From Deferrisomatales bacterium (lineage in GTDB: Bacteria > Desulfobacterota > Deferrisomatia > Deferrisomatales > JACRMM01), in NCBI GenBank assembly GCA_033551855.1, contig JAWSUI010000002.1:134594-198593 (forward strand): a stretch of 64,000 nucleotides of DNA, given 5' to 3'. The position numbers and the translations under genes were made by a program. Below the pieces are notes generated by a model. It was not told the DNA's origin. It worked only from the letters and a program-made list of their open reading frames with translations, and made no database searches. Positions within the stretch are counted from its first letter, which is position 1. Each line of letters begins with the position of its first letter. Below are positions 28,658-38,928 of this stretch, piece by piece.

Positions 28658-29404
28658 CTAGCACCCGAAGTAGGCCGCGCGGACGTCGGGGTTGCCGAGG
28701 AGGTCCTCGCGGGTGCCCGTGAGCACCGTGGAGCCGTTCTCCAAGATCACGGCATGGTCCACGTAAGGCATTACGGGGCGGGCATACTGTTCGGTGACGA
28801 TCACGGAGATCCCGCGCTGCTGGCGGATCACCGGGATGGATTCCACCAGCGACTGCTGGATGCTCGGGGCCAGGCCCAGGAGCGGTTCGTCCAGGAGGAG
28901 CAGCTTGGGCTGGGCCATGAGGGCGCGTCCGATGGCGACCATCTGTTGCTCCCCGCCGCTCAGGAATCCGGCGGGTCGCTTCATGTGCTTCACGAGCCCG
29001 GGAAAGAGCTCCACCACGTAGTCCAGGGTCTCCCGGGCCTGGTCCTTGGTGGCCAGGTACGCGCCGATCTTCAGGTTCTCGAGCACGCTCGACTCCGGGA
29101 AGAGGCGGCGGCGCTCCGGGCAGAGGATGATCCCCCGGCGCGCCCGCTCGTGGGCCTTGAGCTCCCCCAGGACCTCGCCCTCGTAGCGCACCTCGCCGAA
29201 GATCGAGATCCGCTCGCCGCCGCGCATCTTCTCCTTGTGCTGCACGTCGAGCAGGATGCCCGAGAGGGCGGACATCAAGGTGGACTTGCCGGCGCTGTTG
29301 GCGCCGAAGACCCCCAGGACCTGGCCGTCCTCGCAGCGGAGGTCCACGTTGTTCAACGCGAGCATGTTCTCGTAGAAGACCATGAGGCCGGAGGCTTCTA
29401 GCAT
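28658..29404 (-). CDS. livF: HAAT/Liv-type ABC ATP-binding protein
   Basis: GANSAGKST, PERRRLF, LSGGEQQM, DEPLLGLAP. Confidence 0.88.
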   Translation of the reverse strand: MLEASGLMVFYENMLALNNVDLRCEDGQVLGVFGANSAGKSTLMSALSGILLDVQHKEKMRGGERISIFGEVRYEGEVLGELKAHERARRGIILCPERRRLFPESSVLENLKIGAYLATKDQARETLDYVVELFPGLVKHMKRPAGFLSGGEQQMVAIGRALMAQPKLLLLDEPLLGLAPSIQQSLVESIPVIRQQRGISVIVTEQYARPVMPYVDHAVILENGSTVLTGTREDLLGNPDVRAAYFGC

Positions 29405-30171
29405 ACCGGCACCTCCTCGGAGCCCAGGTACGCCTCGCGCACCTTGGGGTGCTCCATGACTTCGGCCGGGCTTCCCTCGGTGATCTTCTCGCCGGAGGAC
29501 AGGGCCAGCACCCGGTTGGCCACCCGGAAGAGCTCCCGGAGACGGTGCTCCACCATGAGGATGGTGATCCCCTGTTCGTGGAGCTTCTCGATGAGGGGCA
29601 CGAGGCTCGAGATCTCGCTCGCCGAGAGCCCCGAGAAGACCTCGTCGCAGATGATCACCTCGGGGGCCAGCGCGATGCAGCGGGCGAGCTCCAGTCGCTT
29701 GAGGTAGCCGGTGGGGAGCGTTCCGGCCATCTTGTACGGGACTCGGGATTCCCTCTCGAACCCGAGCTCTTCCAGAATGTCCACGGCTACGGTGTCCCGG
29801 TCGCCGTGGCTGCCGCCGCCCCTCCAGCCGCCCAGCCGCTTTGCCCGGGGGGAGGAGAGCGGGATGATCAGGTTTTTGTACGCCGGCATGCTGAAATACG
29901 GCCGCATGATCTGGAACGTGCGGGTCACCCCCAGGTCCGCCACCCGGTGGGGCGCCATCCCGGTGATGTCGCGGTCATGGAACCGCACTCGGCCCCGGGT
30001 GGGCCGGAGGAACCCGGTGATGCAGTTGATGAGCGTGGTCTTTCCCGAGCCGTTGGGGCCGATGATGCCCAGAACGTCCCCGGGCTCCACCCGGAAGGTC
30101 ACGCCGTCGAGGGCCTTCACCCCCCCGAAGTGCTTCGAGAGGTCACTCACGTCCAAAATGGGCTCGGCCAC
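29398..30171 (-). CDS. livG: HAAT/Liv-type ABC ATP-binding protein
   Basis: HFGGVKAL, GPNGSGKTT, RTFQ, HPKVREAYLG; GTG start at 30171. Confidence 0.88.
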   Translation of the reverse strand: MAEPILDVSDLSKHFGGVKALDGVTFRVEPGDVLGIIGPNGSGKTTLINCITGFLRPTRGRVRFHDRDITGMAPHRVADLGVTRTFQIMRPYFSMPAYKNLIIPLSSPRAKRLGGWRGGGSHGDRDTVAVDILEELGFERESRVPYKMAGTLPTGYLKRLELARCIALAPEVIICDEVFSGLSASEISSLVPLIEKLHEQGITILMVEHRLRELFRVANRVLALSSGEKITEGSPAEVMEHPKVREAYLGSEEVPVC

Positions 30172-30173
30172 CC

Positions 30174-31181
30174 TCACACCTCCACCCAGCGCTCGAACTG
30201 TTGGTACTTGCGGCTCGCGTACAGCATGATCCCCTCGCTGCGAAAGACCACGAAACCGGTGAGAACCACGGCATAGATGACGATACGCAGGCTCCCGAAG
30301 TCGCGCAGGACCTCCGAGAGAGGCACGAGGAGGAGGCTCCCCAGAATCGGGCCCACCAGGGTGCCGCCTCCGCCGATCACCGTGGCCGCGATCGGCAGGA
30401 TCGACAGATCCAGCGCGAAGGACGATATGCCCACGTTGCGGTACAGGTGGATGTAGTACGCCCCGGCGAAGCACCCCAGGAGGGACGCCAGGAACACCGC
30501 CTTGGCCTTGGTCCAGGGCACGCTGATGCCCGACGCTCGCACCGCCTGGTCGTTGTCCTTTACCGCCCGGATGGGCAGGCCGATGTCCTCCGCGACGAAG
30601 CGCCGCAGGGCGAAGACCGCGACCAGCAGGGCGACGACCAGGCCGTACTTCTCGGTCCAGGGGGAGGCGAACCCGTCGATGCCCCGGAACCCCTCGGTGC
30701 CGCCCAGGATGTGGGCGGCCTCGATCACCCGTGTCATGAGGAGCGGGTACATCAGGGTCACGATGGCGAAGTAGATGCCCCGGAGCGGCAGGCACGGGGC
30801 TAGGGCCAAGGTGCACAGCAGCGCCCCCACGACCGACGCCAACGGAATGGAGGCGACGGGCGGCAGGCCCAGCTGGGTGTTGAGAAGGGCGGCGGTGTAC
30901 CCCCCCACCCCGTAGAAGAAAGCGCCTCCGAGGCAAACGAGCCCCACGTAGTTGGCGAGGAAGTCGAAGGAGATGGCCAGCAGGGCCAGGACGCACACGG
31001 AGAGGAGCACCCGACCCCAGTAGGGCCAAGGGAGCAGGATCAGTGGGAGCAGGAGGAAGCCGCCGACCAGGAGGGCCCGCGGCGCCACCAGGTACGTGAT
31101 CTCCCTCCAGGAGCTCAGGGCGTAAAGGGTCTCGCTGCGGACCTTGATGCCCCGGTCGACCCGTTCCAGACGGCGCGCCAT
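30174..31181 (-). CDS. livM: HAAT/Liv-type ABC permease
   Basis: LRGIYFAIVTL, AVKDNDQAVRASGI, IGGGGTLVGPILG. Confidence 0.87.
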   Translation of the reverse strand: MARRLERVDRGIKVRSETLYALSSWREITYLVAPRALLVGGFLLLPLILLPWPYWGRVLLSVCVLALLAISFDFLANYVGLVCLGGAFFYGVGGYTAALLNTQLGLPPVASIPLASVVGALLCTLALAPCLPLRGIYFAIVTLMYPLLMTRVIEAAHILGGTEGFRGIDGFASPWTEKYGLVVALLVAVFALRRFVAEDIGLPIRAVKDNDQAVRASGISVPWTKAKAVFLASLLGCFAGAYYIHLYRNVGISSFALDLSILPIAATVIGGGGTLVGPILGSLLLVPLSEVLRDFGSLRIVIYAVVLTGFVVFRSEGIMLYASRKYQQFERWVEV

Positions 31182-32047
31182 CACACCCTCTCTTCCAGTT
31201 GCTTCTGCTTGCCGAAGAAGCCTGAAGGACGAAAAATCAGCGTCACGATGATTGCGAGGAGCATGACCACCATCTGGTAGTGGGCCTTGCCGTAGGCCAC
31301 GGTCAGGTACTGGGAGTACCCCAGGACGAAAGAAGCCAGCACGGTGCCCCCCCAGCTCCCGAGGCCTCCGACGACGCACACCGCGATGGCGTAGATGAGC
31401 ACCTTGTACCCCTCCTCCACGACGACGCTGCCCAGGGGGAGGAGGATCACCGCGGCCAGCCCGGCGAGGGCGCTCCCCAGGGCCACTGCGACCGTGGCGA
31501 CCCGATCCGAGTCGATCCCGAGCATCATGGCGGCGTGCTCGTCTTGGGCCATCCCCTTGAGAGCCAGCCCGATGCGGGTGTAGCGGGTGAAGAGCCACAG
31601 GGCCCCCAGGACGCCGAACCCCAGGATCACCACCGCCAGGCGCTGGTGGTCGACCGGGACGTCCCCGATGAAGATCACCCCGTCCGAGATCGGGGGCAAG
31701 CTGTAGGTGGTGCCGCGAAAGCCGGCCCAGCGGAGCCCCTCGAGGATGGCGAGCCCGATGGCGTAGGTCGCGATGACTTCGGAGATCTCGAGACCCCGCA
31801 CCCGTTTGATCACCACCTGATAGATGAGCACCCCCAGCAGGCCGGCCCCGGCCAGGGCGCCGGCCACCGCCAGGGGGTAGGGGAGGCCGACCTGATTGAG
31901 CAGAATCCACGCCCCGAAACCCGTGAGCACGTAGATTGCCCCGTGGGCGAAGTTCGGCAGCCGGCTCACCCCGTACACCAGGGAGAAGCCGAAGGCCATG
32001 AGGATCAGGCTGACGCTTTGGATGAAGCCGTAGATCAGGATGTCCAT
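31181..32047 (-). CDS. livH: HAAT/Liv-type ABC permease
   Basis: GFSLVYGVSRLPNFAHG, TRIGLAL, VVGGLGS, RPSGFFG. Confidence 0.9.
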   Translation of the reverse strand: MDILIYGFIQSVSLILMAFGFSLVYGVSRLPNFAHGAIYVLTGFGAWILLNQVGLPYPLAVAGALAGAGLLGVLIYQVVIKRVRGLEISEVIATYAIGLAILEGLRWAGFRGTTYSLPPISDGVIFIGDVPVDHQRLAVVILGFGVLGALWLFTRYTRIGLALKGMAQDEHAAMMLGIDSDRVATVAVALGSALAGLAAVILLPLGSVVVEEGYKVLIYAIAVCVVGGLGSWGGTVLASFVLGYSQYLTVAYGKAHYQMVVMLLAIIVTLIFRPSGFFGKQKQLEERV

Positions 32048-32411
32048 GGTCGCTCCCGGGTCAGGGGCGAGGAGCCCGGGGCTTGGGGCCTCGGGATCGG
32101 GGGTAGCGGGCCGGGGGCCTCTCCTGCGGCGGCGCAGGATCCCATGCCTGCGCGGCCCGTCCGCGACGTTCTACGCGCGGGAGGGGAAGGGGGTCCCTGG
32201 TCCGCAAGGGCACCCCCGGTCCGCCCCAGGCCTTGATGCCAAGTCTTGCTCGCAGCGTGGGCGCGCGCCTCGGCGGGAAACGCGCAGAGACCGGGCCCAG
32301 CCTGAGAAAGGGGGGGAGGTGCCCACCCATCGGGCTGGGGGGCAGGAGCATGTCCGGCCCCCCAATCCCCAGAGCTCCAGCGGGCAACCCACCACGGGAA
32401 CGGAGAGGTTC

Positions 32412-33677
32412 CTATTTCATCCACGGCGGCAGCTGGAGCTGCCCCACCGCGCCGGCTTCGGGCCAGAACACCACCCGCTTGCCGGCCTGCCACTGGAACA
32501 CCGACCCGACCGCGCCTTCGTTGGGGTCCGTCGAAGGTACGACCTGGTGGGACTTGGGGTCGAAGCGGATGCGGCCGTACACGCCCATCAGGTCGATCTC
32601 CTCCAGGGCCTTCACCACGGCGTCGGCGTCGAGGGTGCCCGCCCGCTCGATGGCGTCCTTGAGGGCGTAGACGGCCATGTAGCTCGAGCTCCCCCCGTAG
32701 CCCTCGGGCTCCAGGCCCCAGCGCTTCTCGTAGGCCTCGACGAACTTCATCGTCCAGGGCGTGATCTCCGCGGGGGCGTTGCCGCCGTTGACCACGTTCA
32801 CCACCGAGTACTCGCAGTCGCCGCCCGAGGCCGCCCAGAACCCCGGCTGCTCGCCCGCCGACATGAAGCCCACGGGAAGGCTTTGGAGGCGGAAGCTCTT
32901 CCACTGCTTGAGGAGGATGGCGCTCTCGGGCATGTCCATCCAGATGAAGAGCACCTGCGCGTTCTCCCGGCGAGACTTCAGGAGGCCGGGGGCGAAGTCG
33001 GTGTTGCCCGTCGGGTAGATGTCGTGGCCCACCACCTGGAAGCCCTGCTCTTTCAGGAGCTTCTCGATGAAGGCGCCCGCGTTGCGGGCGTGGGCGACGT
33101 CCTGGACCATGATGGCCACCCGCTCGAGCTTGTGCTCGGTGCGAAGCTTGTCGAACACCTGGAGCATGTCCTGCCCGAGGGTGATGATCTCGCTCGAGAT
33201 GCGAAACGCGTACTTGTACTTCTCGTACTCCTTCTCGACGGTGCGGTGGTAGGCGGGGGAGAGCACCCCTGTGGAGACGATCGAGACCGTCTTGTGCTGG
33301 CTCAGGAGGTCCATGACAGCCAAGGCCGCCTCGGAGCGAACCGGGCCGCCGACGATGAAGTCCACCTGCCGGTGCAGGATGAGCCGCTCCACCGCCTTGA
33401 TGGCGTCGTCCACGGGAACGCCCGGCTCCAGGTCGCGGGTGTCGATCACCTCTACCTCGAAGGGCCGCATTTCGTTGCCGACCTTGACGCCGCCGCCGGC
33501 ATTGATCTCCTCCACGGCGAGCTTGATCCCTCGTTCGGCCACCCAGCCGTACAGGAACGCGGTGGCCAGGGGGGCACCGAGCTTGATCGGGGCGGCAAGG
33601 GCGGGTTGGGCCGCCAGCGACAGTGCGGCCGCGGCCGCCAGGGCCAGGGCCAGGGACGTGATGCGGAGCTTCTTCAT
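32412..33677 (-). CDS. HAAT/Liv-type ABC substrate-binding protein
   Basis: Signal peptide MKKLRITS..., LAVEEINAGGG, DAIERAGTLD; ATG at 33677. Confidence 0.9.
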   Translation of the reverse strand: MKKLRITSLALALAAAAALSLAAQPALAAPIKLGAPLATAFLYGWVAERGIKLAVEEINAGGGVKVGNEMRPFEVEVIDTRDLEPGVPVDDAIKAVERLILHRQVDFIVGGPVRSEAALAVMDLLSQHKTVSIVSTGVLSPAYHRTVEKEYEKYKYAFRISSEIITLGQDMLQVFDKLRTEHKLERVAIMVQDVAHARNAGAFIEKLLKEQGFQVVGHDIYPTGNTDFAPGLLKSRRENAQVLFIWMDMPESAILLKQWKSFRLQSLPVGFMSAGEQPGFWAASGGDCEYSVVNVVNGGNAPAEITPWTMKFVEAYEKRWGLEPEGYGGSSSYMAVYALKDAIERAGTLDADAVVKALEEIDLMGVYGRIRFDPKSHQVVPSTDPNEGAVGSVFQWQAGKRVVFWPEAGAVGQLQLPPWMK

Positions 33678-33722
33678 CGTCTCTCTCCTCTGCAGGGGGT
33701 GCCGGGAGGCAAAACAGCGGTT

Positions 33723-33738
33723 TGCAAGTATAGGGCCA
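33723..33738 (-). promoter_or_regulatory. Sigma54 -24/-12 promoter of the ABC/acyl-CoA ligase operon
   Basis: Minus strand TGGCCCTATACTTGCA (GG-N10-GC), 45 bp upstream of the binding-protein start and next to a sigma54 activator gene. Confidence 0.72.
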
Positions 33739-33846
33739 GCGGGAAGAGATGCAAGAACATGGCGGGGGGGCGGCGAGAAAGCCGCGCCCCGACTCGGTTG
33801 CACCCCGTGCCGGTCCTGGAGACCGTTTTGTTCTTCGGCCAGGGCC

Positions 33847-33873
33847 GTGTAAAAAAACGAACGGGGGTGTAAA
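33847..33873. promoter_or_regulatory. Putative enhancer for the sigma54 activator
   Basis: GTGTAAA repeated with 20-bp spacing, ~110-135 bp upstream of the sigma54 promoter. Confidence 0.4.
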
Positions 33874-33882
33874 GGCTCGGCG

Positions 33883-35229
33883 TCAGGAGGGGCGCAGCCG
33901 GATGCCGTATTCCCGGATGCGCTTGTCCAGGGTGGGGCGGGAGATGTCCAGGATTCGGGCGGCGCGCTTCTTCTCGTGCCCGGTGAAGCGCAGCACGTTC
34001 TCGATGTGCTCGCGCTCCACCTCCTGGAGGGACTTGACCATCAGGGGCAGCCGGTTGGCGTCCAGGGAGTCGTCGAGTTGGAGGGTCTCCGGCAGCAGGA
34101 CGCTGCCGGGAGAGAGGAGAAGCGCCCGGCGCAGGGCGTTCTCGAGCTCTCGCACGTTGCCGGGCCAGGCGTGCTCGGCGAGCCGGCGCATGGCCTCGTC
34201 GGGTACGACCTCCGGGGCCTTGCCGACCTCTCGGCCGATCTTCTCCAAGAAGAAGCGCACCAGCAGGGGCAGGTCCTCGGGACGCTCCCTCAGGGGAGGA
34301 AGGTCGATGGTCACCACCCGGAGGCGGTAGTAGAGGTCCTGTCGGAACCGGCCCTCGGCCACGAGGCTCGCCAGGTCCTGATTCGTGGCGGCCACCACGC
34401 GCACGTCGGCCCGGATCGTTTCCAACCCTCCGACCCTCTCGAACTCCCGCTCCTGGAGGAACCGCAGCAGCTTCACCTGGATGTCGGGGGAGATCTCGGA
34501 GATCTCGTCCAGGAAGAGCGTGCCGCCCTGGGCCATCTCGAACCTCCCCGGCTTGGTCGCGTACGCGCCGGTGAAGGCTCCCCGCTCGTGCCCGAAGAGC
34601 TCGCTCTCCAGCACCGACGGGGCCAGGGCGGAGCACGCCACGGCCACGAAGGGCCGGGTGGCGAAGGGACTGTTGTAGTGGATGGCCCGGGCGACGAGCT
34701 CCTTGCCGGTCCCGCTCTCCCCGTGGAGGAGCACCGTGGTCTTCGAGTCGGCGACGGCGCCGATCGCCTTGTAGACCCGCTTCATGGCACGGCTGCGGCC
34801 TACGATCATGTGGTCCCGGACCTGGGCGTCGGGCGCCTCCCAGAACGTGAACCCTCCCTGGGAGAGCTCGGCCGTTTCCAGCGACTTGCGGATGACCCCG
34901 TCGAGCTCCTCCAGGTCCAGCGGCTTCCCCAGGTGGTCCACGGCTCCCTGGCGGATGGCCTCGATGGCCGTCTGCATGTCGTCATAGGCGGTCACGACGA
35001 CGACGGGCAGGGCGGGCCGCTCCCGCTTGAGGCGCTTGAGGACCTCGAAGCCGTCCATCCGCGGGAGCCGCAGGTCCAGGAGCACAAGGTCCGTCTCCGG
35101 CCGGCGGGCCTTCCGGAACCCTTCCTGCCCGTCCACCGCCGTCTCCACCGCAAAGCCCTCTTCGCCGAGGTGGAGCTCCAGGGTGCGCCGGATGGCCTGG
35201 TCGTCGTCGATCACGAGCACGGTCTTCAT
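33883..35229 (-). CDS. Sigma54-dependent response regulator (NtrC/AtoC type)
   Basis: REC VLVIDDD/LLDLRLP, GESGTGKE, GAFTGA, LFLDEI, WPGNVREL, Fis-type HTH; ATG at 35229. Confidence 0.95.
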   Translation of the reverse strand: MKTVLVIDDDQAIRRTLELHLGEEGFAVETAVDGQEGFRKARRPETDLVLLDLRLPRMDGFEVLKRLKRERPALPVVVVTAYDDMQTAIEAIRQGAVDHLGKPLDLEELDGVIRKSLETAELSQGGFTFWEAPDAQVRDHMIVGRSRAMKRVYKAIGAVADSKTTVLLHGESGTGKELVARAIHYNSPFATRPFVAVACSALAPSVLESELFGHERGAFTGAYATKPGRFEMAQGGTLFLDEISEISPDIQVKLLRFLQEREFERVGGLETIRADVRVVAATNQDLASLVAEGRFRQDLYYRLRVVTIDLPPLRERPEDLPLLVRFFLEKIGREVGKAPEVVPDEAMRRLAEHAWPGNVRELENALRRALLLSPGSVLLPETLQLDDSLDANRLPLMVKSLQEVEREHIENVLRFTGHEKKRAARILDISRPTLDKRIREYGIRLRPS

Positions 35230-37028
35230 GCGCTGCTGCCCTCTCCGCCGCCGTCGATCGGAAGGTGCACGGTGAACGTCGCCCCGGCACCGGGCTCGCT
35301 CTCCACCGTCACGTGGCCCCCGTGGTGGCGTACGATGCTCTCCACGATGGACAGACCCAGGCCCCCTCCCCCGGCCTTGGTGGAGAAGAAGGGATCGAAG
35401 AGCTTGTTCCGCTCGGCCGGTGCGATCCCGACCCCCGTGTCGGCGACCGAGAGGGCGACGGTGGCGTCGACCCGCCGAGCCCCCACCGTGAGCACCCGTC
35501 GCCCGAGGCCCCTCTCCATCGCCTCGACCGCGTTGAGAACCAGGTTCAGGAGAGCCTGCTGGATCTGCTCCGGGTCGCAGACGACCGAAGGGCCGCCGCC
35601 TTCGAGCCTCCGGTCGATGCGGACCCCGTTGGCGTCGAGGCGTGCCTGCACCAGGGAGAGGACCCGCTCCATAAGGGCCGCCGGGTCGACTGCCTCGAGA
35701 CGGAGCGAGCGGGGGCGAGCGATCCCCATCAGGTCGTTGAGCAGCCGGTTGAGGCGGAGGATCTCGGCTTCGACGATCCCGAAATGCTCCTGGAGCTGGG
35801 GGTTCGTCGGTACCTTCCTGCGGATCATCTGCACGTTCATGCGGATGGACGACAGGGGATTTCGAATCTCGTGGGTCAGCCCCAGGGCGAGATTTCCCAC
35901 GGCACCGAGCTTGCGGGCCGAGAGGAGCTCGTCGAAGGTGTCTTCCAGACGGGTTCGGGCCTCGCTGAGATCCCGGGTGCGGGCAGCCACCTCCTGGACG
36001 AGGGCGCGGTTCCACCTCAGCAAGAGGCCGCTCAGGAGCGCGGTGCTGACGAGCACCGCGGCGAGCGCGCCCCCTGCCAGGATCTCCTGGCGCCGCAGCA
36101 ACGAGGAAAGCATCTCCTCGACCTCACGCTCGGGGGTGCAGACCCCGAGGGTCCACAGGCGCCCCTCGACTCGGACCGGGGCGTGTCCCACGAGCTTGCG
36201 CACCGCTGCGGCGGGCTCGGCCGGGTCCGTGAAGTCATACCACCCCGTGTCGGGCCGCCCGTCTCGCGTTCCCTCCAAGAGCGCGTGAAGCCGGGGCCAG
36301 CGGGGGAGGAAGGCCTCGTCGAAGGTCTGGCCCGAGACCGCGCCCCGGGGGTCGACCAGCACGACCTCCTCGTGGCTGTCGACGAGCCACGCATACCCGT
36401 GCTCGCCGATGCGCAGAGAGAGCACGTGCTGCCGTGCCAGCTCCTCGAAGCTCAGGGTGAACGCGGCCGCTCCCAGAAGGGACCCGTCGTTGCCGTAGAC
36501 GCCCTGGGCGACGACCAGGGTCTTCTCTCCCCCGGAGTGTCCGCCGGGGCCCGTCAGGAAGGGCGAAACGTACAGGCGGCCGGGGTCGCCGCGCCGTGCC
36601 CAGGCCTCGTACTCTCCCCACCAGGGTCCGGGGGTCGGCGGGTGTGGGTCACCCGGCACGGTTGCCACCGCCGACCCCTGGCGGTCCAGCACCGCGAGCC
36701 CCACGATCGGGGTCCCCTGGAGGTTGCTGTAGATCCGGACCAGGCTGCCCGCCGCGCCCCCTGCGGCGGCGCGGTCCACCCCCGTCCCGTCGAAGAGCCC
36801 CGTCACGAGCCCCAGATGGCTGCGGAAGGTGCCGAAGACCTCCTCGACGGTGCGGGCGGCCTGCTGGGCGAGGAGGAGTTGCTGGCGGTTGTACTGTTCG
36901 AAGAAACGCTCCCGCGCCTCCCGGCGCAGGGTGAGGGTGGACCAGAGGAGCCAGCCCGTCAGGGCGAGGGCCACGACGAGCACGGCGGCGAAGAGGCCGC
37001 CGAAGCGGGGGGGGCGGGTACGTCTCAA
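35226..37028 (-). CDS. Cache-domain sensor histidine kinase
   Basis: Two TM segments around a periplasmic domain, THEIRNPL H-box, NLVLNAVEA, DTGVG, FDPFFSTK, GLGL. Confidence 0.92.
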   Translation of the reverse strand: MRRTRPPRFGGLFAAVLVVALALTGWLLWSTLTLRREARERFFEQYNRQQLLLAQQAARTVEEVFGTFRSHLGLVTGLFDGTGVDRAAAGGAAGSLVRIYSNLQGTPIVGLAVLDRQGSAVATVPGDPHPPTPGPWWGEYEAWARRGDPGRLYVSPFLTGPGGHSGGEKTLVVAQGVYGNDGSLLGAAAFTLSFEELARQHVLSLRIGEHGYAWLVDSHEEVVLVDPRGAVSGQTFDEAFLPRWPRLHALLEGTRDGRPDTGWYDFTDPAEPAAAVRKLVGHAPVRVEGRLWTLGVCTPEREVEEMLSSLLRRQEILAGGALAAVLVSTALLSGLLLRWNRALVQEVAARTRDLSEARTRLEDTFDELLSARKLGAVGNLALGLTHEIRNPLSSIRMNVQMIRRKVPTNPQLQEHFGIVEAEILRLNRLLNDLMGIARPRSLRLEAVDPAALMERVLSLVQARLDANGVRIDRRLEGGGPSVVCDPEQIQQALLNLVLNAVEAMERGLGRRVLTVGARRVDATVALSVADTGVGIAPAERNKLFDPFFSTKAGGGGLGLSIVESIVRHHGGHVTVESEPGAGATFTVHLPIDGGGEGSSA

Positions 37029-37109
37029 GGCATCCCCGTGGGTGGTGCGAGACCCGGCGCCGCCCCGGGCCGGAACAGGGCGCGGGGGCCCGTATGGAGG
37101 GCGGGCACG

Positions 37110-37139
37110 AACCTAGCAAGCGCGGGCCGCCGGGGTCAA
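37110..37139 (-). promoter_or_regulatory. Putative sigma70 promoter of the two-component operon
   Basis: Minus strand TTGACC - 18 bp - TAGGTT with an extended TGn. Confidence 0.45.
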
Positions 37140-37153
37140 GGAGGTCGGGGCTC

Positions 37154-37362
37154 CCTGGATCCACAGGCTGGTCGGCAGGCGAAGTCCGGGAGCCCCTGCG
37201 TTTCGCCCCGCAACCCGCGGCAATTCGAAGAAGCGCCCCAGCAGACCCCGGCGCGTCGGGGTTCACCCGCTTACGCCCGCCTCGTCGAGTCGGTGGATGC
37301 GGTGCGGGGCTGCTCTCCGGGGCTCCCGGCCCCCGCCCCCGGGGCGTGATGGTGGATCTCGG
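37154..37362 (+). mobile_element. MITE-like repeat, copy E
   Basis: CCTGGATCCACA / GGTGGATCTCGG ends; colinear with copy D over ~205 bp; internal CCGGGAGCCCC/GGGGCTCCCGG IR. Confidence 0.78.
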
Positions 37363-37473
37363 AGCCCTCCGGACCCGCCTCCCTTTGGCGGACGGCGGGA
37401 GAGAGGGCGCCGGCCCCGCAGGATCCTGGTATCCTCTCCCCCGGGCACCCTCACCGAAACCCAGGGAGTTCCG

Positions 37474-38877
37474 ATGGAGCCGGTCGCGTCCCGCGGGGCA
37501 ACGCTCCTCGCCGTCGGCGCCGTTCACTTCCTCATCCCCTTCATGATGTCCGCGGTGGGGATTGCCTTGCCCTCCATCGGGCGAGAGCTGGGGGCGAGCG
37601 CGCGAGGGCTCGGTCTCGTGGAGACGGCCTATGTGACCTCGGCCGCGGTGTTCCTCCTCCCCATGGGCAGGCTCGGGGACATCCGCGGCCGCAGGAGGGT
37701 TTTCCAGTGGGGGCTGGGCGTCTTCACCTTGGTGGGGGGCCTCCTGTCCCTGAGCCGGAGCATCGAGGCCCTGATCCTGCTGCGGTTTCTCCAGGGCATG
37801 GGCGGGGCCATGGTGAACGCGACGGGGCTTGCCATGGTCGTCTCGGTCTTTCCTCCGGAGGAGCGGGGCAAGGCCCTGGGGCTCACCGTGGCGAGCGTCT
37901 ATCTAGGGATCTCCTGTGGCCCCTTCCTTGGGGGAGCCCTGGTGGCCGCGGCGGGGTGGAGGTCTCTGTTCGTCCTCTCCTGCGCCCTGGGCGCCGCCGC
38001 CCTGCTGCTGGTGAGCCGCCGTCTGCAGGGCGAGTGGGCCCAGGCCCGGGGGGAGCCCTTCGACTGGCTCGGCAGCCTGGTCTATGGGATTTCGATTCTC
38101 CTGCTGGTAGGGGGGGCCTCCAGCCTCGCGCGGTGGCCCTGGGCCTGGGGCGTGGCGGCCGCCGGGGTCGCCGGCCTGGTGTTCTTCGCGGTCCTCGAGT
38201 CCCGGACCGCGCATCCGATCCTCGACGTCCGATTCCTGCGGGGCAACCGCCTCTTTCTCTTTAGCAGCCTGGGGGCCCTCCTCAACTACGCCAGCACCTT
38301 CGGGGTCACCTTCTTCCTGAGCTTGTATCTCCAGTACGTGCGCGGCATGAGCCCGTGGGAGGCCGGGACGGTCCTCTTCCTCCAACCCCTGGTCCAGGCC
38401 CTCCTCTCGCCGGCCTGCGGCCGACTCGCGGATCGCTATCCCCCCGAGAGGGTCGCCACGGCCGGGATGGCCCTGTGCGCCGTGGGGGTCGGCGCGGCGG
38501 CCACCGTCACGGCCGATACCCCACTCCCGACGCTGCTGTTCCTGCTGGCCGTCCTGGGCACGGGCTTCGCTCTGTTCTCCTCCCCGAACACCAGCGCCAT
38601 CATGGGCAGCGTGCCTTCCCGGTTCTACGGCCTTGCGTCGGGTGTGACGGCCACCATGCGAACCCTCGGGATGATGGTCAGCATGACCATCGTCACTCTA
38701 GCCTTTTCCGTCTTCATGGGGGGCAGCCCGGTGACGCCGGAAACCCGGGAGGCGTTCCTCGCGAGCATGCGGGCGGCTCTGTTCACGTTCTCCCTCCTCT
38801 GCGTGGCGGGCGTGGCAGCCTCGGCGCTTCGCCTGCGGGGGGCGGCACGCCCGGGTGCCGGCGAGGCGGATTCCTGA
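37474..38877 (+). CDS. MFS transporter (DHA2-like)
   Basis: VGIALPSIG, GRLGDIRGRRR motif A, RFLQGMGGAM, ERGKALG, FSSPNT. Confidence 0.9.
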   Translation: MEPVASRGATLLAVGAVHFLIPFMMSAVGIALPSIGRELGASARGLGLVETAYVTSAAVFLLPMGRLGDIRGRRRVFQWGLGVFTLVGGLLSLSRSIEALILLRFLQGMGGAMVNATGLAMVVSVFPPEERGKALGLTVASVYLGISCGPFLGGALVAAAGWRSLFVLSCALGAAALLLVSRRLQGEWAQARGEPFDWLGSLVYGISILLLVGGASSLARWPWAWGVAAAGVAGLVFFAVLESRTAHPILDVRFLRGNRLFLFSSLGALLNYASTFGVTFFLSLYLQYVRGMSPWEAGTVLFLQPLVQALLSPACGRLADRYPPERVATAGMALCAVGVGAAATVTADTPLPTLLFLLAVLGTGFALFSSPNTSAIMGSVPSRFYGLASGVTATMRTLGMMVSMTIVTLAFSVFMGGSPVTPETREAFLASMRAALFTFSLLCVAGVAASALRLRGAARPGAGEADS

Positions 38878-38928
38878 GCCCGTCGATGACGCCGACGGCA
38901 CTGGGTCCGGGGGGAAGGGAAAATCCCT

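Noticed and set aside
32048..32411. Long spacer after the binding-protein gene as an ncRNA
   Set aside because: GC-rich stems only, as expected for an mRNA-stabilising intercistronic region; no family signature
37103..37118. Plus-strand sigma54-like GGCACG-N-TAGC site
   Set aside because: Imperfect -12, ~350 bp from the next gene, and better explained by the overlapping minus-strand sigma70 promoter
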